Source: Octopus vulgaris (Eukaryota). Taken from it: a stretch of DNA of 64,000 bases. This document shows positions 50,901-64,000 of this stretch, piece after piece. The notes beneath the pieces are model-generated. The model saw only the letters and a program-made list of their open reading frames with translations. It was not told the DNA's origin and did not search any database. Numbering within the stretch: position 1 is the first letter of the stretch; every line of letters starts with the position of its first letter. The translations under genes and the position numbers were made by a program. The stretch lies in the NCBI GenBank assembly GCA_951406725.2, contig OX597820.1:29574001-29638000 (forward strand), in the 5' to 3' direction.

Positions 50901-53900
50901 GTCCTCTTGATTTCAAGGTACAGCTTGATGTCGTCTGCATATTTCAATACTGTGGCATTCTCCAAATTGGCATCTATGTCGTTAATGTATGCCACAAACA
51001 AAGGGGGCCAAGGACAGATCCCTGTGGTACACCCGATGACATCTCATATGGTGTAGAGTGCTGTCCTAGAACTGTGACTACCTCCTTTCGGCTGAGGATG
51101 AAGGATTTCAACCAGTTAAAAAGGTCATCCCCCACACCCATTGCAGAGAGTTTCACCATTTAGAAAATCTTTTGTTTTTTTAGACGAGATGGTCTTTATT
51201 GGAACCCTTTTCTTTTATTTTTTTATATTTTTATTTCTAAGTCAGTTCAGTCGGACGGATTGTTCGCTATACATATTGTCGCAATAAGACGGCGAGCTGG
51301 CAGAAACGTTAGCACGCCGGGCAAAATGCGTAGCCGTATTTCTTCTGCTATTACGTACTGAGTTCAAATTCCGCCGAGGTCGACTTTGCCTTTCATTCTT
51401 TCGGGGTCGATAAATTAAGTACCAATTACGCACTGGAGTCGATATAATCGACTTAATCCGTTTGTCTGTCCTCTCTGTTTAGCCCCTTGTGGGTAGTAAA
51501 GAAATATATACATATTGTCGCAGTGGCACTGAGAATTATCTCCCTTGTCTTAATAGCAACTCAATTTTGATGCATTCGTTAAAAATTTTTTTGTTTAACT
51601 GTAGCCCCTGGTCTCCCTTGATCGAGTTCTCCGACGCTCGAAAGTATTCAAACCATGACCATCCTGTCTTTTATTTAGATATGTATATGTTGTATATATC
51701 TATGAATGATTACATTATACAATCTCCTTTTTTTTTTAAAGATGGTCGAGTGTGATGATAAATATTTGGCTGCTGTTTGCTCGTAGTAGGTCGAACAACG
51801 AAATAAAAATACTTTTCATTCATTCGTCCGTTTTCTATATCTAAAGTAAGAGCATAAGTAATGATTCGATTATTGAGGGTTGGTAAATACTCAACTATTC
51901 TACACCGAGATAAGAATTGTTAGAGCCTAGCTCCTCCCATTTTCTACACGAATTTACTATGTACACCATTTGATGGACAAGCATTGAGAGTTATCTACCT
52001 TATGTCTGTCATCGAAGCATAATAGTAGTTTCCCCGTGTTCCTCCCAAATATTCTCATTCTGTTTCTTCTTACATTTGCTTTGCCCCCATGTCAGCTTTG
52101 ATCGATCAAACATATGATCAAAGACATTTCAACTGTGACTATCGTGTTGTGTTCTTGAGCAAGACACTTTATTTCACGTTGTTCCAGATTCTACAGTTAC
52201 CAATGTTGTCTTTTAAAAGAAGAGCATTTGGAAAAGTTTTGTTGACACTGCTTGTAGTGTCATCGATATTGCAAGCAGTCTCTGTAGTATCAAATCCTCC
52301 AATACATGTCTGGTCATGGGGAAGTATTACCTTACTTGGAAGCAGGTGAGAGTTGGCAACTGGAAGGGTATCCAGCTGTAAAAAAATCTGCCTTGGCAAA
52401 TTCCGTCCACCCTATACTTCAAAAATGTAGCTACAAACATTTAGTTTTACCATATCTTAATACATATCTCAACTTGGTTAAAAAGTCAACCTCTTAACCT
52501 CACAGTCATGTTTTGTGTAAAATAAAATTAGAAGAAACAACCCCCACCACAACTCCTGCCATTTCAAGTTTGATCCATAAAGTATTGTAAACACATTTTG
52601 AAGCAAGCAAAGTCATAATAGAAAAAAATCCAGTTGTTTAACAACAGAGAAAAGGTGTAGAAATCAAATATTTTCTCTTCCTCCTATAAGTTTTTATAAC
52701 TTTATGTATTAAGTATCAGATTGAGATTAAGACTTCTATTGTTATAATTGCAGCGCATGGCTTCTGAAGGTGGGATAACTGGAGGATTAAAGTCAACTTC
52801 CACAACCGGTGCAGATAAACCACCATCAATGGCCGATGTACTAAAGAATTTAACCAGCGTAAAATTGAAACCAGTAGAAAGGTAAGCTTTGCAGTTACAC
52901 TATGTAACACGATTTTTGCCCTTTGGTAGCAGTTGTCATTTCCTGTTTACTTACCCCTAGAAAGCATGAAAAATTGCTAAAATCTCCCTTCAAACATTCC
53001 TTTCAGTATATTTATTCAAACCCCAAAGAATCCCTCTCAACACATGGCTATGATGCTCTGCCACTACTCCTGCTCATGATCAGAGATGCACATATCGTCA
53101 GCTTCAAAAGGACATTCTCAAGTGGTTATGGTCAAGAAAAATCTCTGATATTGAGCAGAATATTTGCTTCAGCAACTCAATGCTGAATCTGTTTGAAATG
53201 TAATGGAAAATAGGTCAGTTTCAGACCATTGATGTCCAGATCAAAAAACAAAATTTGAAGGGAATAGAAGTTTGTTTCCTTTGATTTCTAGATAGAAGCA
53301 AATGGGGAAAAACCAGATGGTAAAAAAAAAAAAATTTTGGTAGTGTTCAAATATTGTTAAAAATCTACAAGCTAAATCTATTTAAAAAAATTTTTTTTCT
53401 ATACATTCCACAGATCACCAGGTGGTACTCCTCTCAAACGGTCTCCTCTTCCATGCACAAATACTGATCACCAATCTATTATTGCAAATGCCTTAAAAAT
53501 CAAATTTTCCAAAATCAATCAACACAGTCCTGACCGATCACAAAAACGCCGCTCTCTAAACTCACCAAATTGGTCATCTCCTTCTCCACCACGGGTAAGT
53601 TTCTTTCTTTACTGCACAAGAACCAGCTAGGTCCCTCATTCAGCATCATCAGTTATAAAGTCTACTTTTCTATGCTTGCACGGGTCAGGGAAATTCACTG
53701 AGGCAAATTTTCTACAGCCAGATGTCCTTCCTATCGCCAAGCAGGGTAACATTTCCCCAAAGCCAGTCATGCTTCCATGGAAGACTGAAAATGAGGTACT
53801 GCTCGAGTGGTAGTAATACTCTTTAAGTATTGTAGGATATCTAGATTATGTAGCACAAACATTTATACATGCACATATATGAAAACTTTTCTGTGGCTGA

Positions 53901-54305
53901 CTACTAAATCCACTCATGGCTTTGGTCAGCTTAATACCCTAGAAGCAGACACTTGCTCAAGGAATCACAGTGGTACTGTATCCTGAAGCCACATGGTAGG
54001 AAAGTTAACTTCTTAACCACTCAGCCATATATCACTTTCTAACCATTACAAGTTTAATCCACAAAGTATTGTAAAATGGCTTTGAAGCTAAGTCAATATA
54101 GAATCTAGTTACTTTACAATTGAGAAAAGGCCTAAATATCAAATATTTTCTCTTCCTTTCTCCATCTATTTTTAATTTTATGTACTACTTATCAAATTTA
54201 AGACTGAGACTTATTCACATCAAATGTCACATATTTTTACCTCTTTTTTTCTCACAGGGTTTTGGACGTCATCTTTTAAAGAAAACTGGAAAGCTACTGA
54301 ACTAG
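35917..54305 (+). CDS. MTFR1: Mitochondrial fission regulator family protein (MTFR1/MTFR2-like), 8 coding exons, 352 aa
   Basis: Exons 35917-35982, 42584-42691, 43175-43266, 45453-45643, 47999-48243, 52754-52881, 53414-53594 and 54258-54305. All GT-AG with consistent phases; total 1059 nt. Family motifs: SEIAWIEED, LQKINEMQSEIEKLKEQIA coiled coil, poly-Pro, PSMADVLKNLTSVKLKPVERSPGG, IIANALKIKF, FGRHLLKKTGK. Probably co-orthologous to MTFR1 and MTFR2. Confidence 0.88.
37213..39175 (-). mobile_element. 5'-truncated, frameshifted RTE-clade LINE (RT domain + 3' UTR)
   Basis: Overlapping ORF pieces GLHQGSVLSPLLF, LLYADGLALIAES, GLRVNLAK, FCYLGD and KGRLYDACVQTAMLHGSETW run into the family C 3' UTR with a (TGA)n tail. 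Confidence 0.9.
40886..41049. mobile_element. Possible hAT-like MITE
   Basis: Termini cagggttgtctcag / ctaaggcagccctg. No clear TSD. Confidence 0.4.
41200..41461. mobile_element. MITE with ~55-bp TIRs, TGTT...AACA termini
   Basis: tgttgagatctataatagttagaatg...gtcgtaat / attacgac...cattctaactattatagatctcaaca. Confidence 0.78.
42584..42691 (+). CDS. MTFR coding exon 2 (FTSLVKRVFSSL...YRVLQE)
   Basis: ttacag| acceptor, |gtaaga donor, phase 0-0. Confidence 0.8.
43175..43266 (+). CDS. MTFR coding exon 3 (NYGSDSDSGLSESSEIAWIEEDLGDNCIAV)
   Basis: ttgcag| acceptor, |gtgagt donor, phase 0-2. Corresponds to the conserved ADVxWV block. Absent from the ORF track. Confidence 0.82.
45036..45190. mobile_element. 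hAT-type MITE with 8-bp TSD, nested in a TTAA-flanked element (44897-45284)
   Basis: CAGGGG...CCCCTG termini. TSD aaggatag / taggatag. The host element runs ttaaccc...ggttaa (piggyBac-like; relatives at 661-1256, 3082-3275 and 23133-23337). Confidence 0.75.
45453..45643 (+). CDS. MTFR coding exon 4 (coiled coil)
   Basis: ttttag| acceptor, |gtaagg donor, phase 2-1. Confidence 0.88.
46895..47260. mobile_element. Possible Helitron/Helentron-related non-autonomous fragment
   Basis: Terminus tactagcagtatagcctggcgttgctaggg resembles rolling-circle element ends. Confidence 0.4.
47999..48243 (+). CDS. MTFR coding exon 5 (polyproline)
   Basis: ttgtag| acceptor, |gtatcc donor, phase 1-0. CCA/CCG tract at about 48084-48175. 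Confidence 0.88.
48458..48690 (-). mobile_element. SINE family A, young copy
   Basis: CpGs intact. Flanked by cctgatatatat direct repeats. Confidence 0.87.
50060..51160 (-). mobile_element. CR1/L2-group LINE RT fragment (5'-truncated, one frameshift)
   Basis: SGVPQGSVLGP (50974-51159) is frameshifted into a 290-aa ORF containing KYADDIK, DLGI and YTAMVRPHLEFASSVWNPY. (ATT)n tail. Confidence 0.93.
51288..51505 (+). mobile_element. SINE family A with perfect TSD
   Basis: TSD atacatattgtcgca at 51269-51283 and 51508-51522. Confidence 0.88.
52754..52881 (+). CDS. MTFR coding exon 6 (RMASEGG...PSMADVLKNLTSVKLKPVE)
   Basis: ttgcag| acceptor, |gtaagc donor, phase 0-2. Confidence 0.9.
53414..53594 (+). 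CDS. MTFR coding exon 7 (SPGGTPLKR...IIANALKIKF...SPSPPR)
   Basis: ccacag| acceptor, |gtaagt donor, phase 2-0. Confidence 0.9.
54258..54305 (+). CDS. MTFR last coding exon (GFGRHLLKKTGKLLN*)
   Basis: ctcacag| acceptor, TAG stop. Resembles human MTFR1 FGPHMLKPTGK. Confidence 0.85.
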   Translation, partial: GFGRHLLKKTGKLLN

Positions 54306-54472
54306 ATTTTTTCTCTGAAAATTTTAAAACAAACTTTTAAACACTAACTTAACTGACAGAATGTTGACTGCTTTTATGTTTAAAATATTGAACTTCTAAT
54401 GTTAACTTAACCTGGGAGGATGCTGACAGGTGAAATGTTTTTCATATATTTGATACAAATTTGCATAAATCA

Positions 54473-54488
54473 AATAAATTAAAATAAA
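54473..54488 (+). terminator. Candidate MTFR polyadenylation signals (two AATAAA)
   Basis: AATAAA at 54473-54478 and 54483-54488, about 170 nt after the stop codon. Confidence 0.5.
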
Positions 54489-57400
54489 ATTCTATTTGTT
54501 CCATATGCATTTTCCTTATCATTGATCCTTTTGCATGCATCAGATGACTTTGTTGAAGTAGATTTTCTAAGGGTGGACACATTTCCTCTTTCTAAATTGT
54601 AGGTGTTTATCTAGACGGGTTTTCATGGAAGATGACCAACAGTTAACATTGCTTGTGTGATGCTGACACTTCTTTACAACTATTGTCACCTTTGTATGTT
54701 TCAGTGTCACTAAGCTTTGTTTGACTGGGGCTATAAGTGGAAGACATGGCTAAGATGCTATGCAGTGGGACTGAACCCAAGAGAATGTGGTTGGGGAGTG
54801 AACCACACCAGTGCCTATAGCCATGATAATGCTTATCCTTATATTTATCCCAGAGTTCAGATTCTAAGAAATAGAATAACCCTCATCACATCAGTCTGAG
54901 TAATTACATCTAATGTTGAAGTTGACCCTCCACCCCTTCAGTGATGAAGAGGATATAAAGAACTTTTGTTGCTGATGGTATGCTGCTTACTCAAAATCTC
55001 ACCAACTGGAATGGATTTGTAGTCGATTTCCTGATGAACATTGTTTTGTCTCAAACATATTTTCAGAACTTACGGTTATCTCTTAACACAGTAGAGGCTA
55101 TAAGAAACGTTTAATATATTTTGTAGTATATTATAGTTGCATTATGAAATTGTTTCCGTACATTTTCTGAATTCTGCAGGTAAGCCATGGACCTATGAAG
55201 ACAATTTGTGATTCAAACATAATGATTAACTTGCCATCTTTGATAGTCTATTCATCATCATCATTGTTTAACGTCCACTTTCCATGCTAGCATGGGTTAG
55301 AATTCTATCAATGGGATTGGTGCTACAGCAAACTAGTTGACTGAAAAACCTTTCTCAACCTGAGCTACACTTTAGTAATCATTTCCACTTGTTAAACCCA
55401 GAATATTACTGGATGTTTGCACTATCCAGGCAAATTATGAAGACTTGGAAGTCGTCTCCTAAAATACTGACATCATTGTGGAAGCAAGCAGCCCTTAATG
55501 AGTTCAGAGGTAGCATGAAAAAAATCCAGAAGACCTGTTCAATTGATTGAAGGGACCAGCAATGTAAAAAAAAAAAAGCATGCTGATGTCAGTGAATAAG
55601 TCAAAATAACACAGGCCAATTGCAAGCTCTTTGGACTGTGTTGTATATTTCACATGTCAAGTACTGGCTAACTCTCCTATTGCACACAACAAAGGACACC
55701 ACTTTACTTACTAGCATGTTCATTAGACAAAATGGGTCTGTTCCCAGACACGGAGAAAGACCTTAGGCCTAATAGGATCCTATTTGATGTACTCAAAAAC
55801 TAAATTTGGATTAACATGCTAAGCCTGTTAAAACATCACTTGAGTAGGAGCATGCATTTCACTTTTGGTACTGCATCATTCAAGATAACTGGCATTGTAT
55901 CAGAATGACCTGTATTCTTCCTTACCTGAAACCCTACACCACAATTTGAACAATTACCGTCATGCTGATCAAATTGCAATTTCTTTTTTTTTTTGGTGGT
56001 GTAAAATATTAAAGCAGCAGTCTTCAAATTACCAGTATTTTGAAGGGAAGAGATCTTTCCATGCAAGTCATGATCTGTTGGTGCAACCTGTGGTTGAAAT
56101 AGTTTAAAAAGCTGACAAAATGTTGCCTTTGTTCCGGACTGTCTCCAGACAACTAGAATTTCAACCAAAGTGCACAAAATTAAGTTTAAAACAAGGGTAC
56201 ATGATTTGCAGGTCATCTGAAACTGTTCATGGAATGCTTGAAATGGAACATGTAAATGCCTATATGAGAGCTGTAGGAGGAAAAAAAAGCCACATGCAGG
56301 ACTGGAATTTGTAAGTCATTTAAACAATCCAGCTTGTAGCCAACTTGCCACTTGTACCATTAAGAATCTTAATTTTGCCAAAGCTCACATAGAGAGAGCA
56401 TGCATGCTTATTGCTCATTTAAACTATACAGAAAAATACCAACATGCTGAACTACTGTTTAGGGTATTAGTTTGTTTGGCATAGTTTTTGTTGCACTGTT
56501 TTTCCATAGAAAAACAAGGTAAATTATCTTTCAATAAGATCTGGTAAAAAGATTTGAATAACACCAACTGCAATGGTTAATTTAAGCATGGAGTCATTTG
56601 GTTGTTACTCGGTCTCCAAAACTTTTCTATTGTCACTTAAATCTGATAATACCTGGATTTTAAGCTGTCCCAACAACCAGAAACCTAAACGACAGGCAAC
56701 ATTTTTTGCTCAAACTCAAATTTTTAACGAGTGCATGGCAAACTGGTTAACAGGAATTTGAAGCTAGATATGGTTGGTCAATGACTAGCACTTGATGACA
56801 AGAGAAAATGTTAACAGCAGGTATTTCCACTTGACATGTCTATTAAGTGCACTCGCAGAGAGCAAGGTTTACACAAAATAGATAAGTGTGATGCCTATGT
56901 CAACAACTTCTGACAAATGGCTGTGGAGTTGTTGATCCATCACTTTCTGCAGTGCTGTCTTTGCTTCAAAGAATTTAAAATTAAGCAGCAGCAGGTCCAT
57001 GCAGGGTTGAATGCAATACTGCATCAAAATGTAACTTTTATCAAATCAGTAATTCTGCAAACAGCAATACTGGTATGAATGATGAATGTGCCATGCCGTC
57101 CAATTCTCTGAACCTGAAAATGAAGACAAGCCCGAGATTGAAGTGAAGTTTCAGCTTTTAATCCATTAATTTACCACTTTTCGATTTAACCACTGAAAAG
57201 TTTTACTTCCAATTCTAAAATGAAAATTTGGATAAAGTTTTCCCTTAGTTGCCAAACAAACTACTACTCATTTACATTTCTTCACAAGAAAACTTCCATG
57301 CAAAGAAAAACAACATTGAAGATTTTTCAAATTTTATTATAAAAAAAAAAAAATATTAGCACCCATTATGGCTATCGCCAAAAAAGCCACATGTATATAA

Positions 57401-57901
57401 GGCCACGCCTGCTTCACTGATTTGACCCGTGGTGCAAGCAAGTTTCAAGTGCTTGATTCTAGCCTCCACGCATGAAGGTGTCTTACAGAGAGTACGTCGA
57501 GAGGCGGCCAAAATGGCAATTGTGCAGCAGGATCACCCTGATTATCAGAGCGAGAGGAACTGAAGTTAAAAAAAGAAAAGAAAAAGCTGTTCAAACTAGA
57601 TTGCTAAGATCAGTCATCAAACTGGAATGTGTGGAGAAGAGTAACCAGAAGCTAGCTACTCCATAACATACGGTTTCCGAACGATGTATCATAATAGTGC
57701 CACTACTTTTTTTTTTCCAGACCAACAGCAAAAGTTGCTAAGAATGAGGGCAAGAGAAAAGTAAACAAAAACCAGCCCAGTACCTTAAATTTTTATTTTT
57801 TACTGCGATCACGATAAGTTTTGTTTTATTTACACGAATATTCGGCAATCTTTTAGCTGTTAGAAATTTTAATCCAATTAAAAAATTAATATAGTTAATA
57901 C

Positions 57902-63134
<5,233 letters not shown>

Positions 63135-63296
63135 TTACAAAGTTTTAGTGTTTAGTTTTTTCTTCCCTGTTGTTGACAGTGCCGGCTTTATAGTTGTTTG
63201 TTATCTTTAATTACTTTCACCTGACAAAAAGGTAAAGCTACTTGAAGGAATAACTTATATAGTAAGGACTGAGATGTGAATGGTGTCGAAGCTGGC

Positions 63297-63401
63297 GACT
63301 GACTGAGAAAGACTTGTGCAAGACGTGCTCCTTTTATCTGTCCAACAAATAGTTTCCAGGAAAAATAGCAAATGAACTATCATATATATGTCCTTATATG
63401 G
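63297..63401 (-). promoter_or_regulatory. Actin promoter: CArG box, TATA-like element, Inr-like TCAGTC
   Basis: Perfect CArG CCTTATATGG at 63392-63401. GATAAAAG on the minus strand at 63331-63338, and tandem TCAGTC at 63297-63306. Confidence 0.65.
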
Positions 63402-63966
63402 AAGAAAACGAGAGCCAACAAGAGAAAGAAAGAAAGAATTGCAAGTGTGGCAAAGGTGGCGGCGATGGAGGTGATGAGTGTAGCGGTGGTGGCGGTAATG
63501 AGTGGAGCAATGAAGCCACTACCTACCTATACACCTCCTTCATCACCCTGTCCCACTCTGTGTTATTGTTTATTCCTCTCTTTCTTTCTTTCTTTCTTTC
63601 TTGCACGTCCTCATACACTCTTTCTCTCTCTCTCTCTCTTTCTTACCTTCTCTTCACACCCCTACCCTCCTTTCATGTCAATTGTAGGAGTGTGTGTGTA
63701 TGTGTGTATGTATGTGTAAGGTGGTTCTTTGTTGGTCGGTGTCATACTGTAGGTGCTTGTATAAGGTGAGGTGAGAGAGTGTGTGTATGTATATGTGTGT
63801 ACGTGTAATTACGATGATGGTGAGAGTGAGTGATGTCAGTTCGGTTGTATGTGTCAGTATGTGTATTTCTTTACATGTGTCTTGAGGTGTCATGGTGTGT
63901 ATTGCTATGTGTATGTTAGTTTGTGTTTAAGTGTGTGCTTGTGCATACATACATTCATGCATACAC

Positions 63967-64000
<34 letters not shown>

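Noticed and set aside
35917-54305. PRR11 as the identity of the plus-strand gene (shared poly-Pro, SPGGTP and ALxxKF)
   Set aside because: The W-containing block, coiled coil, MADVLK and FGxHxLKxTGK tail, together with adjacency to ARMC1, fit MTFR better.

Overview
AT-rich eukaryotic genomic DNA, most likely an octopus/coleoid cephalopod (inferred from the SINE, RTE and CR1 repeat landscape and microsatellites). Three intron-containing genes were assembled by hand from GT-AG splice sites with consistent phases. (1) ARMC1 on the minus strand: 8 coding exons, 14734-26367, 274 aa, ARM + HMA-like + C-terminal 'SWLRTAANYFSNSFW'. (2) An MTFR1/MTFR2-family mitochondrial fission regulator on the plus strand: 8 coding exons, 35917-54305, 352 aa. 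(3) A cytoplasmic-type actin on the minus strand: 2 coding exons, 57902-63095, 375 aa. ARMC1 and MTFR lie head-to-head around a CCAAT-containing region at about 30.1-30.3 kb, the same arrangement as human ARMC1/MTFR1, whose products are reported to interact. The MTFR protein has a polyproline tract followed by two WH2/beta-thymosin-like motifs. The rest of the window is mostly SINEs, truncated LINEs, MITEs, foldback elements and simple repeats. No gene was found in 1-14.5 kb. Most short ORFs in the supplied track are repeat-derived. Homology calls come from recalled sequences, not from searches.
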